64,000 nucleotides of DNA from Lentisphaerales bacterium. GTDB taxonomy: Bacteria > Verrucomicrobiota > Kiritimatiellia > SPBP01. The stretch is taken from NCBI GenBank assembly GCA_032123355.1, contig JAQBFM010000105.1, positions 10,692-74,691 on the forward strand, read 5' to 3'. Below the pieces are notes generated by a model that saw only the letters and a list, made by a program, of their open reading frames with translations, ran no database searches and had not been told where the DNA came from. The translations under genes were made by a program, and so were the position numbers. Of this stretch, positions 40,999-54,038 are shown one piece after another (positions within the stretch are counted from its first letter, which is position 1; every line of letters starts with the position of its first letter).

Positions 40999-43900
40999 TT
41001 GAACTATACTGCAGCCAGAGAGAGCTACGGCTCGTCTCCGAAGTCGGGGACGTTCGATGCGGTTACCATTTCGCTGGCATCGCCGGAAATGATCCGGTCC
41101 TGGAGCCACGGAGAGGTCAAGAACCCGGAGACTATCAACTATCGAACGTTCAAGCCGGAGCGGGGCGGGCTCTTCTGCGAGCGAATATTCGGTCCCACGA
41201 GAGACTGGGAATGCGGCTGCGGAAAGTACAAGAGGATTAAGCACAAGGGAGTCATCTGCGACCGGTGCGGGGTCGAGGTTACTGTATCGCGCGTCAGGCG
41301 CGAAAGAATGGGGCACATTGAACTGGCTGTCCCTGTTTCCCACATATGGTTCTTCAAGTGTACGCCAAGCAGGATCGGCCTTATCCTGGACATGACGGCC
41401 AGGGCGCTGGAAAGAGTTCTTTACTACGAAGACTACGTAGTCGTCGATCCCGGCACTACGCCGCTTGAGGAAAAGCAGTTGCTTGACGAGATGGCGTTCC
41501 GGGAAGCACAGGACAAGTATGGCGATGAGTTTGTTGCCAGAATGGGTGCGGAAGGGGTTCGCGATCTGCTGCGAAGAATTGACATGGACAAGGTAATGAC
41601 TGACCTCGAAGGGCAAATGGAGGTCGTGCGCAGCAAGCAGACTCACAAGAAGCTGGCGAAACGAATGAAAGCGATTGAAGGTTTCAGAAAGAGTGCCACG
41701 AGACCGGATTGGATGGTTCTCGAAGTACTTCCTGTTATCCCGCCGGATCTTCGTCCGCTTGTGCCGCTCGAAGGCGGGCGGTTTGCCACCTCTGATTTGA
41801 ACGACCTGTATCGGCGCGTGATCAACAGGAATAATCGACTGAAGAACCTGATGCAGCTTAAGACTCCCGACGTGATCATCCGTAATGAAAAGAGGATGTT
41901 GCAGGAAGCCGTGGATGCTGTTTTCGACAATGGACGCCACGGAAGGCCGGTAACGGGTGCTGGCGGCCGACCCTTGAAGTCGCTCAGCGACATGCTGAAA
42001 GGCAAGGGCGGACGATTCAGGCAGAATCTTCTGGGAAAACGTGTGGACTATTCGGGTCGCTCCGTGATTGTAGTCGGTCCCGAGCTCAAGCTGCATCAGT
42101 GTGGCCTCCCGAAGAAGATGGCGCTGGTACTGTTTGAGCCCTTCATCATACGTCGATTGAAGGAAAGAGGCATTGTTCATACGGTGCGCAGCGCGAAGAA
42201 GGTAATTGAGCGCGAAACCGATGAGGTGTGGGATATTCTTGAGGAAGTAGCTCAATCGAAGACGGTTATGTTGAATCGCGCTCCGACGCTTCACCGCTTG
42301 AGCATTCAGTCGTTCGAGCCGGTACTGGTAGAGGGCGAGGCGATTCAGATACATCCGCTTGTCTGCAAGGCCTACAACGCGGACTTCGACGGCGACCAGA
42401 TGGCGGTGCACGTACCCCTCTCGGTTGAGGCCGAGCTTGAATCACGCATTCTGATGCTGTCGACGAACAGCATTTTCTCTCCATCAAGCGGCGAATCGAT
42501 TGTAACTCCTACGCAGGACATTGCGCTGGGTCTCTACTACCTTACCTCACTGGGGCAGGTAGACAGGAATTTTGATTTCAAGCGCACCAGGAGCGCAGAA
42601 GATGAACAGAAGGATCCTCTGCCCTTGTTCGGCGGGGTGGACGAAGTGCGTTTCGCGCGTGACGAAGGCTGCATGCACATACATCAGCGGATCAGGATGC
42701 GGAACCCGGATTACCAGAGGACTACCATTTTCGGCAGCCCCGAATATCCCACATTGATTACGACGGTCGGCAGGGCATTGTTCAACGAGATCTGGCCTGA
42801 CACGATCGGCTTCATCAACGAACGCGTAGACCGAGGCCTGCTCGGCAAACTGGTTATGAAGTGTTACCAGAGCGCCGGTCATGCAGTGACCGTCGAACTG
42901 CTGGATGTTCTGAAGTCGATGGGCTTCGAACATGCGACGCTTGCCGGCATTTCTATCGGGATGGGTGACATGATAATCCCCACGGAGAAAGTCGAGATTG
43001 TGGCGGAAGCGAGGGCACAGGTCGAGAAGGTGAACGAGCAATACCGGATGGGTGTCATAACCGATGGCGAACGTTACAATAAGATCGTCGACATCTGGAC
43101 CCATGCAACAGACGAGACGTCCAATGCCATGTATCGCGCGATTGCGGATAATCACGGTAGTCCTGAGATGAACCCGGTCTACATCATGGTTGAGTCAAAG
43201 GCGAGGGGAAGCAAGCAGCAGATACGCCAGTTGGCTGGAATGCGTGGTCTGATGGCTAAGCCCTCCGGCGAAATCATTGAGCGGCCGATCATATCGAATT
43301 TCCGGGAAGGTCTGAGCGTGCTCGAATACTTCATCAGCACGCACGGTGCTCGAAAAGGTCTTGCCGACACGGCTCTGAAGACCGCCGACGCCGGTTATCT
43401 CACGCGCAAGCTGGTCGACGTGGCGCAGGACGTAATGATTGTAGAGACCGACTGCAACACGCTGAATGGCATAGAAGTCTCGGCTATCGGCGAAGGCGAT
43501 GATGAACTTGTTCCGCTGGAATCGCGCCTGCTCGGCCGCACTGCCCTGGTGGATGTGGAAGATGTCGTAACTGGAAAGGTAGTTGCGTCCGCAGGAACGG
43601 CAATCGATGAAGCGGTATGCGAGGCGATCGCCCGCAGTGCGGTAGAGCGTGTTCAGATTCGCAGCGTTCTGACATGTGAATCCAGGCGCGGGTTGTGCGC
43701 GAAATGCTACGGCCGAGACCTTTCGACGAACGAGGGGGTAAAGATTGGAACTGCCGTCGGCATTATCGGAGCTCAGTCGATTGGCGAGCCAGGCACTCAG
43801 TTGACAATGAGAACGTTCCATATCGGCGGAACTGCAAGATCCATCTTCAAGCAACCTCGCATTGTTGCGAAGCATGCGGGCAAGATTGTCTTCAGCAATG

Positions 43901-45174
43901 TGCGCGTGGTCACAAATAAGGAAGGACAATCCGTCGTCCTTAACAAGAACGGTGCCATTAGCATTTGTGATGAGAACGGCGTTGAGCTCGAGCGGCACAA
44001 GACGTCGATCGGCGCGGTTATTTCGGTGGACGAGGGAGACGCGGTCAAGAAGGGGCAGAGCTACGTTCAATGGGATCCCTACAGCGTACCGATCCTGGCA
44101 GAGGTTGCGGGCAAAGTAGGCTTTCATAATTTTGTCGAAAATGTTTCTGTTAAGAGAGAAGTCGACGAGAGCACGGGGATGAAGGGTATTGTTGTGCTGG
44201 AGCACAAGGAAGACCTGCATCCTCAGATAGCGGTGCGTGACGCATCGACAAACGCGGTTCTGGCCGTACACAGCATACCGGCTCGTGCTCATATTGTGGT
44301 TAAGGAGAATGAGGTTATTTCTGCGGGTCATGTGCTCGCGAAGACACCGCGCAAGGAATCGAAGACGAAAGACATCACGGGCGGTCTGCCCAGGGTGGCG
44401 GAGCTTTTTGAGGCTCGGCGACCGAAGGATGCGGCCGAGATCGCCAAGATCGACGGAGTTGTCGAGTTCGGGCCGAATCAGCGCGGGCGCAGGTGTCTGG
44501 TTATCAAGGATACTGTCACGAGCGCCGAGGAAGAGCATCTGATTCCTATGGGCAAGCACATCGTGGTGTATCCCGGCGACGTGGTTCAGAAGGGACAGCA
44601 GCTGACTGAGGGCCCAGTGGTACCTCAGGAGATACTTGATGTATGCGGGCCGCAGGCACTGCAGGAATATCTGGTGAACGAGGTGCAGGAGGTATACAGG
44701 CTCCAGGGCGTCGAGATCAACGACAAGCATATCGAAATCATTGTTCGACAGATGCTGCGAAAAGTCAGAATTACCGATCCCGGCGATACAGAATTCCTGT
44801 GGGGTGACCAGGTGGAGCGCTACAAGTTCTTGGAAGTCAACGAGAAGGCGAAGTTGGAAGGGAAGCGTCCCGCAGAGGCGGCGCCGTCGCTGCTCGGCAT
44901 TACGAAAGCTTCGCTTGAGACGGAGAGCTTCATATCCGCAGCATCGTTCCAGGATACTACGCGCGTCCTGACTAATGCTGCAACGCTTGGGAAAGTGGAC
45001 TATCTCCATGGTTTCAAGGAGAATGTCATTATGGGTCATCAGATTCCCGGGGGAACCGGGTTCCATATGTACAAGAACATCAAGCTTGTGCCGTTGGCTG
45101 AGCAGATCCCAGTCGAGGAAATGACGGAGGTTTGGACCGAGGAGCGTAAGACTGCTCACGAGTTGCTTAAATAG
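40999..45174 (+). CDS. rpoC: DNA-directed RNA polymerase subunit beta'
   Basis: 1391 aa with NADFDGDQM and zinc-binding cysteines. TTG start preceded by GGGAGG. Confidence 0.97.
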   Translation: MNYTAARESYGSSPKSGTFDAVTISLASPEMIRSWSHGEVKNPETINYRTFKPERGGLFCERIFGPTRDWECGCGKYKRIKHKGVICDRCGVEVTVSRVRRERMGHIELAVPVSHIWFFKCTPSRIGLILDMTARALERVLYYEDYVVVDPGTTPLEEKQLLDEMAFREAQDKYGDEFVARMGAEGVRDLLRRIDMDKVMTDLEGQMEVVRSKQTHKKLAKRMKAIEGFRKSATRPDWMVLEVLPVIPPDLRPLVPLEGGRFATSDLNDLYRRVINRNNRLKNLMQLKTPDVIIRNEKRMLQEAVDAVFDNGRHGRPVTGAGGRPLKSLSDMLKGKGGRFRQNLLGKRVDYSGRSVIVVGPELKLHQCGLPKKMALVLFEPFIIRRLKERGIVHTVRSAKKVIERETDEVWDILEEVAQSKTVMLNRAPTLHRLSIQSFEPVLVEGEAIQIHPLVCKAYNADFDGDQMAVHVPLSVEAELESRILMLSTNSIFSPSSGESIVTPTQDIALGLYYLTSLGQVDRNFDFKRTRSAEDEQKDPLPLFGGVDEVRFARDEGCMHIHQRIRMRNPDYQRTTIFGSPEYPTLITTVGRALFNEIWPDTIGFINERVDRGLLGKLVMKCYQSAGHAVTVELLDVLKSMGFEHATLAGISIGMGDMIIPTEKVEIVAEARAQVEKVNEQYRMGVITDGERYNKIVDIWTHATDETSNAMYRAIADNHGSPEMNPVYIMVESKARGSKQQIRQLAGMRGLMAKPSGEIIERPIISNFREGLSVLEYFISTHGARKGLADTALKTADAGYLTRKLVDVAQDVMIVETDCNTLNGIEVSAIGEGDDELVPLESRLLGRTALVDVEDVVTGKVVASAGTAIDEAVCEAIARSAVERVQIRSVLTCESRRGLCAKCYGRDLSTNEGVKIGTAVGIIGAQSIGEPGTQLTMRTFHIGGTARSIFKQPRIVAKHAGKIVFSNVRVVTNKEGQSVVLNKNGAISICDENGVELERHKTSIGAVISVDEGDAVKKGQSYVQWDPYSVPILAEVAGKVGFHNFVENVSVKREVDESTGMKGIVVLEHKEDLHPQIAVRDASTNAVLAVHSIPARAHIVVKENEVISAGHVLAKTPRKESKTKDITGGLPRVAELFEARRPKDAAEIAKIDGVVEFGPNQRGRRCLVIKDTVTSAEEEHLIPMGKHIVVYPGDVVQKGQQLTEGPVVPQEILDVCGPQALQEYLVNEVQEVYRLQGVEINDKHIEIIVRQMLRKVRITDPGDTEFLWGDQVERYKFLEVNEKAKLEGKRPAEAAPSLLGITKASLETESFISAASFQDTTRVLTNAATLGKVDYLHGFKENVIMGHQIPGGTGFHMYKNIKLVPLAEQIPVEEMTEVWTEERKTAHELLK

Positions 45175-45245
45175 AGGTGTACACGGACGAGGGTTCTGCT
45201 ACAGTACCCCGCTTTGTCCGCTGATAGTGGGGAAGAGATGAGATT

Positions 45246-45626
45246 ATGCCGACGATAAGTCAACTAGTGCGAAAAGGACGCAGCCGCTTGCGGAAGAAGC
45301 GGAAGGCACCGGCGCTTGACGGTCGACCGCAGAGGCGCGGAGTCTGTCTGCTCGTGAAGACGCAGACCCCTAAGAAACCGAATTCCGCATTGCGTAAGGT
45401 TGCTCGTGTGCGCCTTGCGTCGGGACAAGAGGTCACCGCCTATATACCTGGTGTCGGGCACAACCTTCAGGAGCACAGTGTGGTTCTGGTCAGGGGTGGA
45501 CGGGTCAAGGATCTTCCCGGTGTTCGGTATCATATCGTGAGGGGCACACTGGATTCGATGGGCGTTGAAGGCAGGAAACAAAGCAGGTCCAAATACGGCG
45601 CGAAGAGACAGAAACAGGCCGGATAA
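45246..45626 (+). CDS. rpsL: 30S ribosomal protein S12
   Basis: [11 protein letters not shown] motif. Confidence 0.97.
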   Translation: MPTISQLVRKGRSRLRKKRKAPALDGRPQRRGVCLLVKTQTPKKPNSALRKVARVRLASGQEVTAYIPGVGHNLQEHSVVLVRGGRVKDLPGVRYHIVRGTLDSMGVEGRKQSRSKYGAKRQKQAG

Positions 45627-45644
45627 GAGGATGGGTTAACAGTA

Positions 45645-46118
45645 ATGTCAAGACGACGAAGAGCTGTGCGACGCGATTTTACACCTGATCCCAAGTATGG
45701 GAGTGAACTTGTGGCGCACCTGATCAATCAAGTGATGATTTGCGGAAAGAAATCCGTGGCTGAACGGATTGTCTACGGCGCCTTGCAGCGCATAGAGAAA
45801 GCGAAGGAAGGCCAGGATCCACTCGAGGTGCTGGTGCGCGGAGTAGACAACGTGAAGCCCAGGGTTGAGGTCAAGTCACGCCGTGTCGGCGGCGCTACGT
45901 ACCAGGTGCCGATCGAAGTAAGACCCTCACGTCAGAGGGCGCTGGCGCTGCGATGGATAATTCAATTTGCCAGTGCGCGCAAAGGTATGCCGACGGATCA
46001 GGCGTTGGCAACGGAACTCCTGGACGCTTTCGGAAACCAGGGGAACGCGATAAAGAAGAAGGAAGATACTCACAAGATGGCTCAGGCCAACAAGGCATTC
46101 GCGCATTACAGATGGTGA
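45645..46118 (+). CDS. rpsG: 30S ribosomal protein S7
   Basis: S7 family, in the position after rpsL. Confidence 0.95.
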   Translation: MSRRRRAVRRDFTPDPKYGSELVAHLINQVMICGKKSVAERIVYGALQRIEKAKEGQDPLEVLVRGVDNVKPRVEVKSRRVGGATYQVPIEVRPSRQRALALRWIIQFASARKGMPTDQALATELLDAFGNQGNAIKKKEDTHKMAQANKAFAHYRW

Positions 46119-46238
46119 GGCAACGGGGTGTGACAGGGAAGTGACAGGCGGATAATGGAAGCAACGTTGAGCGACATAGCGACAAAGAAGGCATCCGGCG
46201 ATCGAGATCGACGCGAAGCGCCGGGTCGTATTCGGCCT

Positions 46239-48290
46239 ATGTCGAAGGTTCGGAACATCGGCATTGTAGCCCACATTGATGCCGGTAAGACCACGATCAG
46301 CGAGCGTATGCTGTACTATGCCGGTCGTCTTCACCGCATGGGCGAGGTTCACGACGGGACTACCGCCATGGACTGGATGCCGCAGGAGCGCGAACGCGGC
46401 ATTACCATTACCAGTGCGGCAACGACGTTCTTCTGGAATGATTTTCAGGTCAACTTGATTGACACGCCGGGCCACGTTGATTTCACGGCCGAGGTCGAGC
46501 GGTCATTGCGCGTTCTGGACGGAGCTATCGGGGTGTTTTGCGGAGTGGGTGGAGTGCAGTCCCAGTCCGAAACCGTATGGCACCAGGCGGAAAGGTACAA
46601 AGTACCCAGAATAGCATTCATCAACAAGCTGGACCGACTGGGCGCGAGCTTCGACAGGGTTATCAACCAGATGAGAGAGAGACTTTCTCCCAACGTTATT
46701 CCTGTCCAGTTGCCGATTGGATCCGAAGACGGGTTCAAGGGCCTTATAGATCTGGTCGAGTTGAAAGCCGTGATGTTTGACGAGGATGGACTCGGCAAGA
46801 ACTCTCAAGTTGTTGATATTCCATCGGACCTGGCTGCATCTGCCGAGCGGGCCCGAGCCGAACTGGTAGAGTTCATTGCTGAACGAGATGAGAATATGCT
46901 TGAAGCGTACCTCAAGAACTCAGATGTTCCCGCGGATGTGCTGCGGTCAGGGATCCGAAGGGCGACGCTTAAGACATCCCTATTCCCGGTGTTCTGCGGT
47001 GCTGCGTTGCGGAACAAAGGGGTACAACGTCTTCTTGACGCAGTTGTCGCGTACCTGCCATCCCCGGCCGATGTTGCAGACGTCGAAGGGTATCATCCAA
47101 AGACAAACGATATTGAGAAGCGGAGAGCAGATGACTTCGAGCCATTGGCCGCACTTGCTTTCAAGGTGGCGGTGGATCCCTACGTTGGAAGCGTGATATC
47201 TGTTCGGGTGTATTCGGGGAGCCTGAAGAAAGGGCAGAACGTATTCAATCCGAGGACTCTAAAGAGGGAGCGAATTACGCGTCTATTCCAGGCCCATGCA
47301 GACGAACGGGTCGAGACTGACGAGATTTTCGCCGGAGAGATAGGTGTGGTCGCGGGCTTAAAGGGATTCACTACCGGGGACACGCTTTGCGTGGAGAACA
47401 GGCCGGTGGCGCTGAACAAGATAGTGTTTCCTGATCCGGTTGTGAGCATGGCAATCGAGCCGAAGACACAGGCCGACAGGGAAAAACTGGCGGCGGCGCT
47501 GAGCGCGCTCGAGTCGGAGGACCCGACTCTCGCACTGACAACTGATCCGGATACCGGTCAGACCCTGATGAAGGGAATGGGCGAACTGCATCTCGAGGTC
47601 CTTCAGAATCGGCTGGCGAGCGAGTTCAATCTGAAGTGTAACACGGGGCGCCCGATGGTGGCGTACCGCGAGACAATTCGCGGCGAAGGCGCAGGGGATG
47701 TCGTGTTTGATCGCGAAATAGGCGGACGTCGACAGTTCGGGCATGTTGTGCTTACCGTTGCGCCGTTGGACAGGGCAAAGGGCAACAGCGTTCAGATCGA
47801 AGTGCGAGAGAACGTGATACCGCGTGAATTTCATGAGGGCATCAGGCAGGCTATCGTGGACGGGCTCGCAACGGGAGTGATAGGGAACTACCCGTTGGTT
47901 GATGTCACAGTGCGCGTAACGGGTGGCAGCTGGGATGACATATCTTCGACGGAGATGGCTTATCGGTCGGCCGCAACAGTTGCGCTTAGAGATGCGGTTC
48001 GGTGCGCTGATCCTGTCTACCTCGAGCCGATCATGAAATTGGAGATTGCCTCCCCGACCGAGTACCTGGGAGATGTGCTGTCGGACCTGAGCTCTCGAGG
48101 AGGACGGGTTAAAGAAATCCTGAACGGCGAAGTTGCTCAGATCATCATGGCAATGGTGCCTCTTTCAAAATTGTTCGGCTATGCTACGGCGATTCGTTCT
48201 CTGAGCAAGGGCCGGGCAAGCTATACCATGGAACCGCATAGTCTGGAAATAGTTCCGGAACCGCTTCCTGAACAGTTGCAGAACCGATAG
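46239..48290 (+). CDS. fusA: elongation factor G
   Basis: '[15 protein letters not shown]' and the EF-G domains. The ATG at 46239 aligns with canonical EF-G N-termini; the ORF could instead start at 46155. Confidence 0.95.
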   Translation: MSKVRNIGIVAHIDAGKTTISERMLYYAGRLHRMGEVHDGTTAMDWMPQERERGITITSAATTFFWNDFQVNLIDTPGHVDFTAEVERSLRVLDGAIGVFCGVGGVQSQSETVWHQAERYKVPRIAFINKLDRLGASFDRVINQMRERLSPNVIPVQLPIGSEDGFKGLIDLVELKAVMFDEDGLGKNSQVVDIPSDLAASAERARAELVEFIAERDENMLEAYLKNSDVPADVLRSGIRRATLKTSLFPVFCGAALRNKGVQRLLDAVVAYLPSPADVADVEGYHPKTNDIEKRRADDFEPLAALAFKVAVDPYVGSVISVRVYSGSLKKGQNVFNPRTLKRERITRLFQAHADERVETDEIFAGEIGVVAGLKGFTTGDTLCVENRPVALNKIVFPDPVVSMAIEPKTQADREKLAAALSALESEDPTLALTTDPDTGQTLMKGMGELHLEVLQNRLASEFNLKCNTGRPMVAYRETIRGEGAGDVVFDREIGGRRQFGHVVLTVAPLDRAKGNSVQIEVRENVIPREFHEGIRQAIVDGLATGVIGNYPLVDVTVRVTGGSWDDISSTEMAYRSAATVALRDAVRCADPVYLEPIMKLEIASPTEYLGDVLSDLSSRGGRVKEILNGEVAQIIMAMVPLSKLFGYATAIRSLSKGRASYTMEPHSLEIVPEPLPEQLQNR

Positions 48291-48301
48291 GGTGGAGAGC
48301 G

Positions 48302-48610
48302 ATGAACGGTCAGTCAATACGCATCAGGTTGAGGGGTTATGATCACGGGGTCCTGGATCAGGCTGTGGTCGACATCGTGGAGACCGCGAAGCGGACAGGC
48401 GCTCGGATTGTGGGTCCGATTCCATTGCCGACTCGGACTGAGCGTTACTCGGTGAATCGGAGTCCGCACGTTGATAAGAAATCGATGGACCAGTTCGAGT
48501 CAAGGACTCACAAGCGATTGCTGGAAATAGTGGAGCCAACTGCGAAGACGGTTGACGAGCTGAAGAAGCTGAACCTTCCGGCAGGCGTTGACATCACGAT
48601 AAAGATCTAG
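48302..48610 (+). CDS. rpsJ: 30S ribosomal protein S10
   Basis: S10 family; first gene of the S10 operon. Confidence 0.95.
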   Translation: MNGQSIRIRLRGYDHGVLDQAVVDIVETAKRTGARIVGPIPLPTRTERYSVNRSPHVDKKSMDQFESRTHKRLLEIVEPTAKTVDELKKLNLPAGVDITIKI

Positions 48611-48612
48611 GG

Positions 48613-49266
48613 GTGAAGCAAATGCAGGGCTTGTTAGGCAGAAAGATCGGGATGACGAGCTTGTTTGAGACGGACGGACGGCACGTCCCCGTTACCGTGC
48701 TCGAAATGGGTCCGTGTGTGGTTCTCCAGAGAAAGACAACGGAGAACGACGGTTACGAAGCGGTCCAGTGCGGTTTTGGGGAGCAGAAGGAATGCCGGGT
48801 GCGAAAGCCGAGACTAGGCCATTTCAAGAAGGCTGGAACCACACCGAAACGATTGGTGAGGGAATTGGCTGTTGGTTCGGATTCCGATGTCAAAGCCGGG
48901 GATACCCTTACGGTATCTCTCTTTGAAGGAGTTGAATTTGTTGACGTCAGGGGCGTGACCAAGGGCAAGGGCTTCCAGGGGGTAGTCAGGCGGCACAATA
49001 TGGCCGGCGGTCCAATTACACACGGTGGCCACGCCAAGAGAAAACCCGGCTCAATAGGATGTGCATCCTATCCTGCCCGAGTAATGAAGGGGAAGAAGAT
49101 GCCGGGGCATATGGGTGCCGTACAGAGAGTGGCGCAGAACCTGAAGGTTGTCAGAGTGATGACCGAGGATAACGTCCTTGTGGTTCGGGGCGCCGTTGCG
49201 GGTCCGGCGGGTGGATTTGTTGTGGTGACAACGGCTTTGAAGAAGAAGGCGGCTAAGGGCAAATGA
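48613..49266 (+). CDS. rplC: 50S ribosomal protein L3
   Basis: L3 family, in conserved order. Confidence 0.95.
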   Translation: MKQMQGLLGRKIGMTSLFETDGRHVPVTVLEMGPCVVLQRKTTENDGYEAVQCGFGEQKECRVRKPRLGHFKKAGTTPKRLVRELAVGSDSDVKAGDTLTVSLFEGVEFVDVRGVTKGKGFQGVVRRHNMAGGPITHGGHAKRKPGSIGCASYPARVMKGKKMPGHMGAVQRVAQNLKVVRVMTEDNVLVVRGAVAGPAGGFVVVTTALKKKAAKGK

Positions 49267-49907
49267 GTAAGTTGAAGGTTCATAGCATGAACGGGCAGGC
49301 ACAGGGCGAGATGGAAATACCCGATGCCCTGCTCGTGCTGAGCGCCGGTGAACAGGCGGTTAAGGACACGGTTGTGGCATACCTGGCAGGGAAGCGGGCA
49401 GGGACGGCTTCCGTTCTAGGCAAAGGGGAAGTTGCCGGAAGTAACAAGAAACCATGGCGACAGAAGGGGACCGGTCGTGCGCGTGCCGGGTATCGGCAGT
49501 CACCCATCTGGCGTGGTGGAGGATCGGTTTTCGGCCCGAGGCCGCACAGTTTTGCCAAGGGAACGAACAAGAAGATGAAGCAACTGGCTTACCGGCGGGT
49601 ATTGAGCGAAAAGATCGCTAGTGGCGGTGTTGTCGTTCTGGACAAGCTGGAGTTTCCTGAGCCCAAGACAAAACTGATGGTTGCGATGCTGAAGGCCTTG
49701 AAGTTGGAGGGGCCGACACTGCTTGTCGTGGAAAAGAAGAAGGACAACGCAGCATTGGCCGCGCAGAACATCAAGGGCGTTACCGTAGCGACTCCTGGCA
49801 CGGTGACGGTATATGACATTCTGAGGAATCCTCGGATTATTGCCACGAAGCCGGTCCTTGACCTTATGTGCGCGAAGCTCGGGCAGCGGGAGGCGGCAAA
49901 AGCATGA
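49263..49907 (+). CDS. rplD: 50S ribosomal protein L4
   Basis: L4 family, in conserved order. Confidence 0.93.
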   Translation: MSKLKVHSMNGQAQGEMEIPDALLVLSAGEQAVKDTVVAYLAGKRAGTASVLGKGEVAGSNKKPWRQKGTGRARAGYRQSPIWRGGGSVFGPRPHSFAKGTNKKMKQLAYRRVLSEKIASGGVVVLDKLEFPEPKTKLMVAMLKALKLEGPTLLVVEKKKDNAALAAQNIKGVTVATPGTVTVYDILRNPRIIATKPVLDLMCAKLGQREAAKA

Positions 49908-50188
49908 AGGATGCTCGGAACATTATCAGGTCGGTTCAGCTCAGCGAGAAGGGAACCATGCTGATGGAGAAGGAGAATAAGTACTTCTTCAAAGTTGACA
50001 GGTCTGCGAACAAGGTGGAAGTTGCCCGGGCGGTTGAAGAGCTTTTTAAGGTTTCGGTGACCAAAGTCAATATCATGAATTATGCCGGCAAGAAGAAGAG
50101 GGAGCGAGGGGTTCGCTACGGGAGAACAGCGAGCTGGAAGCGTGCAGTGGTTACCGTGAAGACCGGCGAGAAGATCGAATTTGTGTAG
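49904..50188 (+). CDS. rplW: 50S ribosomal protein L23
   Basis: L23 family; internal ATG 49904 overlaps the rplD stop. Confidence 0.9.
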   Translation: MKDARNIIRSVQLSEKGTMLMEKENKYFFKVDRSANKVEVARAVEELFKVSVTKVNIMNYAGKKKRERGVRYGRTASWKRAVVTVKTGEKIEFV

Positions 50189-50203
50189 TAGATGGAGTGA
50201 CTT

Positions 50204-51028
50204 ATGGCGATTAGAAAATACAAACCGAACACACCGTCGTTGAGAAGCACGACAGTGCCTGCGTTCGATGAGATCACCAGGTCGAAGCCCGAGAAGTCAC
50301 TGACCAGACCAATGAAGTCGAAGGCAGGCAGGAACTCGTCGGGTCGCGTATCAGTGCGACATCGCGGTGGTGGTCACAAAAGGAAGTATAGAGTGATCGA
50401 CTTCAAGAGGGACAAGGCTGGGATTCCGGCGAAGGTTGTTTCGATAGAGTACGATCCGAATCGTTCGTGCCGTATTGCGCTTTTGAACTATATAGATGGG
50501 GAGAAGAGATACATACTTGTTCCGGCCGGACTTGCAGTTGGCGCAGAGGTGAATTCAGGATCTGACGCGGAGCCGGTCGTCGGTAACGCGTTGCCGCTCT
50601 CTGAGATACCGCTTGGCATGACTGTACACAACATCGAGTTGGTACCCGGGAATGGCGGCAAACTGGCACGTGGCGCCGGGATTGGGGCCGAACTCATGGC
50701 AAAGGAGGGCGGATTTGCCCATATGAGATTGCCGTCAGGTGAGATTAGGATGATAAACACCAAGTGCATGGCTACTATAGGGCGTCTCGGTAATTCTGAG
50801 CACGATGCGATTACTCTCGGTAAAGCCGGGCGGAAGCGCTGGAGGGGGATTCGGCCTACCGTGCGCGGTGTGGTCATGAATCCAGTTGACCACCCGATGG
50901 GCGGTGGCGAGGGTCGCAGCTCGGGTGGCGGGCATCCCAGGTCGCCATGGGGTAAGCTGGCAAAAGGCGAAAAGACGAGGCGAAGACGCCATCCGTCGGA
51001 TAGATTTATTATGAAGCGGAGAAAGTAG
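50204..51028 (+). CDS. rplB: 50S ribosomal protein L2
   Basis: L2 family sequence. Confidence 0.97.
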   Translation: MAIRKYKPNTPSLRSTTVPAFDEITRSKPEKSLTRPMKSKAGRNSSGRVSVRHRGGGHKRKYRVIDFKRDKAGIPAKVVSIEYDPNRSCRIALLNYIDGEKRYILVPAGLAVGAEVNSGSDAEPVVGNALPLSEIPLGMTVHNIELVPGNGGKLARGAGIGAELMAKEGGFAHMRLPSGEIRMINTKCMATIGRLGNSEHDAITLGKAGRKRWRGIRPTVRGVVMNPVDHPMGGGEGRSSGGGHPRSPWGKLAKGEKTRRRRHPSDRFIMKRRK

Positions 51029-51031
51029 ATT

Positions 51032-51316
51032 ATGGCACGTTCACTGAAAAAGGGGCCGTATGTAGACGTGAAGTTGATGCGCAAGGTTGATGCCATGAAT
51101 AGGACGGGACTGAAGCGGGCGATCAAGACGTGGTCGAGGCGCTCGATGATAGTGCCGGAATTTGTGGGACACACGTTCGCTGTTCATAACGGCAAGGAGC
51201 ACTTGTCGGTTTTCGTTACGGAGAACATGGTGGGTCACAGGCTCGGGGAATTTTCCCCGACGCGGACCTTCAGAAAGCATGGCATGCATACGGATAAGGC
51301 GATCACGCTGAAGTAG
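51032..51316 (+). CDS. rpsS: 30S ribosomal protein S19
   Basis: S19 family. Confidence 0.95.
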   Translation: MARSLKKGPYVDVKLMRKVDAMNRTGLKRAIKTWSRRSMIVPEFVGHTFAVHNGKEHLSVFVTENMVGHRLGEFSPTRTFRKHGMHTDKAITLK

Positions 51317-51337
51317 CGTGAAACCGGGGGTGTTTGC

Positions 51338-51697
51338 GTGGAAGTCACAGCAATAATGAAATTCGTTCGAATTTCCGGCCAGAAAGTGCGGGGAATTGCG
51401 CGGTGTCTGAAAGGGATGCCGGCCGGCAAGGCCGTTGAAGCGATGCGCTTTGACTCGCGCAAGGGCGCAGCGTTGATTCTCAAGACGCTGAAATCCGCGA
51501 TAGCGAATGCGGAGAACAACGCGAAACTTGCTGCCGATGGACTTATTGTTAAGCAGATTGCTATTGAAGAGGGAACAGCAATGAAGCGGTTCCGGCCAAG
51601 GGCTCGGGGGAGCGCAGGCCGGATCAAGAAGCGAACCAGCCATATAAGGGTGGTATTGGTAGAAGCGGGTGGAGCTGGGAAAGGAGTTGTGAAGTAG
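51338..51697 (+). CDS. rplV: 50S ribosomal protein L22
   Basis: L22 family; GTG start. Confidence 0.93.
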   Translation: MEVTAIMKFVRISGQKVRGIARCLKGMPAGKAVEAMRFDSRKGAALILKTLKSAIANAENNAKLAADGLIVKQIAIEEGTAMKRFRPRARGSAGRIKKRTSHIRVVLVEAGGAGKGVVK

Positions 51698-52356
51698 TGG
51701 GCCAGAAGGTAAATCCCATAGGCATGCGGCTAGCCGTCAACAAGAACTGGCGGTCGCGTTGGTTCGCGGGCAAGAAAGAATTCGGTGCTCTTCTTGACGA
51801 GGACCGCAAGATTCGTTCGCTGGTACGGAAGCGGCTTCAGAACGCGGCAATCTCTCTGGTAGAGATCGAGCGTTATGCCAGCAGGATCAGGGTGACAATA
51901 TGTACGGCTCGCCCTGGTATAGTGGTGGGGCGTAAGGGTGAGGATATTGAGCGGATCCGCGAAGAAATCGCGAAGAATACGGGAAAAGAAGTCTATATCG
52001 AGATTCGTGAAATACGGAATGCCGACGCAAACGCTCAGATCATTGCCGAGAACGTGTCGTTTCAGCTTCTCAGGCGAGTGTCGTTCAGGCGTGCGATGAA
52101 GCGGGCGATGAAGACAGCCATGGATCTTGGAGTTGAAGGAATCAAAATCGAGGCCTGCGGACGGCTGGGCGGCTCGGAACTGGCGAGACGCGAGTGGTAT
52201 AAAGAAGGCAAGGTACCGTTGCACACGTTGCGGGCGAATATCGACTACGGTTTTGCAGAGGCGGCAACGACTGCGGGCAAGGTTGGAATCAAGGTGTGGG
52301 TTTGTACGAAGGATGAAGGGCAGCAGGAGAAGGCGCCAAGCAGGCGGAAGGATTGA
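51697..52356 (+). CDS. rpsC: 30S ribosomal protein S3
   Basis: KH domain plus the S3 C-terminal domain; GTG start. Confidence 0.95.
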   Translation: MGQKVNPIGMRLAVNKNWRSRWFAGKKEFGALLDEDRKIRSLVRKRLQNAAISLVEIERYASRIRVTICTARPGIVVGRKGEDIERIREEIAKNTGKEVYIEIREIRNADANAQIIAENVSFQLLRRVSFRRAMKRAMKTAMDLGVEGIKIEACGRLGGSELARREWYKEGKVPLHTLRANIDYGFAEAATTAGKVGIKVWVCTKDEGQQEKAPSRRKD

Positions 52357-52362
52357 TGTAAC

Positions 52363-52788
52363 ATGCCGTTGATGCCCAAACGAGTTAAGTACAGGAAAGT
52401 CCAGCGTGGCAACCGCAAGGGCCAGGCAAACGCTGGAAACGAACTGAACTTTGGGGACTACGGCCTGAAGGCGCTGGGACGAGGCTGGATAAAGGCCTCG
52501 CAAATTGAGGCGTGTCGAGTTGCCATAAACCGGCACTTGAAACGCAAAGGCAGACTTTGGGTGCGACTCTTTCCGGATAAGCCGGTAACAAAGAAGCCTC
52601 TGGAAGTCCGGATGGGCAAGGGGAAGGGCGATCCGGAATTCTGGGTTGCTGTTGTGAGACCGGGCCTGGTTATGTTCGAGTTGAGCGGGGTAACCGAGGC
52701 GATAGCACGGGATTCCATGAGGCTTGCCGCGTCCAAGCTTCCGACGAGATCGTGTTTCATAACGCGGCGTCAAGCGAGTAGAGGATAA
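52363..52788 (+). CDS. rplP: 50S ribosomal protein L16
   Basis: L16 family. Confidence 0.95.
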   Translation: MPLMPKRVKYRKVQRGNRKGQANAGNELNFGDYGLKALGRGWIKASQIEACRVAINRHLKRKGRLWVRLFPDKPVTKKPLEVRMGKGKGDPEFWVAVVRPGLVMFELSGVTEAIARDSMRLAASKLPTRSCFITRRQASRG

Positions 52789-52793
52789 GAGCG

Positions 52794-52985
52794 ATGAAGG
52801 CCCGGGAAATAAGAGAACTTTCAGATGAAGAACTGAGACAGCGGGCCGAGGACCTCGGCCGCGAGATGTTCGATCTACGCATTCAGAAGGCCGTCGGACA
52901 AAATGAGCGTCCGCTGCTTATGAGGTCACTGCGCAGAGATATGGCGAGACTCAAGACAGTAGCCGCGCAACGCAAGCAGAGCTGA
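52794..52985 (+). CDS. rpmC: 50S ribosomal protein L29
   Basis: 63 aa, L29 family. Confidence 0.9.
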   Translation: MKAREIRELSDEELRQRAEDLGREMFDLRIQKAVGQNERPLLMRSLRRDMARLKTVAAQRKQS

Positions 52986-52995
52986 GGGGAGACCA

Positions 52996-53298
52996 ATGGC
53001 TGAAGGTGCAACACGGAGAACGAAGCGCAAGGAACGATCTGGACGTGTAGTAAGCGACGCTATGGATAAGACGATCGTCGTTGAACTTCGGGAGAAGCGG
53101 CCGCATCCGTTCTACGGGAAGTTGGTCCGATATACGAAGAAACTGTATGTTCATGACGAGAAGAATGAAGCCAAGACGGGCGATGTGGTTACCGTAGAAG
53201 AGACAAGGCCTCTGAGCCGGAAGAAGAGATGGCGGATCGTCGAGATCGTCAGGCGACCCGTTGGCGGGCCCACGTCGCCGAGTGTGAGCGGATCATGA
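52996..53298 (+). CDS. rpsQ: 30S ribosomal protein S17
   Basis: S17 family. Confidence 0.93.
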   Translation: MAEGATRRTKRKERSGRVVSDAMDKTIVVELREKRPHPFYGKLVRYTKKLYVHDEKNEAKTGDVVTVEETRPLSRKKRWRIVEIVRRPVGGPTSPSVSGS

Positions 53299-53657
53299 TT
53301 AGAGAAGAAGCACAACTGGTTGTTGCCGATAACACTGGAGCGAGGAGGGCGAAGTGCTTCCGAGTTCTGGGCAAGCACACCTACGCCGGGATAGGCGATA
53401 TCATCAGGGTCAGCATCAGGGAGGCACAGCCCGGTGGTGTTGTGAAGAAGGGGCAGGTCTGCAAAGCGGTTGTGGTGCGCACAAAGGCGGCAGTTCAGAG
53501 GGCAGACGGAAGCTGTGTTCGCTTCGACAACAATGCAGTGGTGATTATCGACGACACCAATAACCCGCTGGGCTCCAGGATTTTTGGCCCGGTTGCGCGC
53601 GAATTGCGCGATAGAAATTTTATGAAGATCATCTCGCTGGCGCCTGAAGTGTTGTGA
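53295..53657 (+). CDS. rplN: 50S ribosomal protein L14
   Basis: '[17 protein letters not shown]' L14 N-terminus at internal ATG 53295. Confidence 0.95.
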   Translation: MIREEAQLVVADNTGARRAKCFRVLGKHTYAGIGDIIRVSIREAQPGGVVKKGQVCKAVVVRTKAAVQRADGSCVRFDNNAVVIIDDTNNPLGSRIFGPVARELRDRNFMKIISLAPEVL

Positions 53658-53705
53658 TAGCCGCGGGTGCGTGTGAGAAGATGGTAACATTTGGGGAAGG
53701 TAGAA

Positions 53706-54023
53706 ATGCATATCAGGAAGAATGACAACGTGGTGGCGATTTCCGGCAGGAACGCCGGGGGGGGCAAAACTGGCAAGGTGCTGCAGGTGCTTCCCGCGAA
53801 GAGGACCGCTATTGTCGAGGGCTTCAGCATTGTCAAGAAGGCCATGAGGAAGACGCAGGACAATCCGCAGGGCGGAATCGGTCAGAAGGAAAGCCCGGTT
53901 GCCATGTCGAACCTGCAGATCTACTGTCCGAACTGCAAGAAGGGCGTGCGGACACGAAATGTCAAGGAAGCTGGAAATACGGTCCGCAAGTGTCGCAAGT
54001 GCGGTCATTTATTTACTGCGTAA
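53706..54023 (+). CDS. rplX: 50S ribosomal protein L24
   Basis: KOW motif; the frame is open from 53691. Confidence 0.9.
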   Translation: MHIRKNDNVVAISGRNAGGGKTGKVLQVLPAKRTAIVEGFSIVKKAMRKTQDNPQGGIGQKESPVAMSNLQIYCPNCKKGVRTRNVKEAGNTVRKCRKCGHLFTA

Positions 54024-54038
54024 GGATGTTGGAATGTT

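Noticed and set aside
43195-45159. Very long antisense ORFs inside rpoC, rpoB, tuf and the ribosomal genes (e.g. 43195-45159 minus, 654 aa; 40879-42411 minus, 510 aa; 32729-34351 minus, 540 aa; 9305-10294 minus, 329 aa)
   Set aside because: These are typical stop-codon-poor antisense frames of high-GC coding DNA. The translations are low-complexity Arg/Ser/Pro-rich, they overlap strongly conserved genes, and they show no family signatures.
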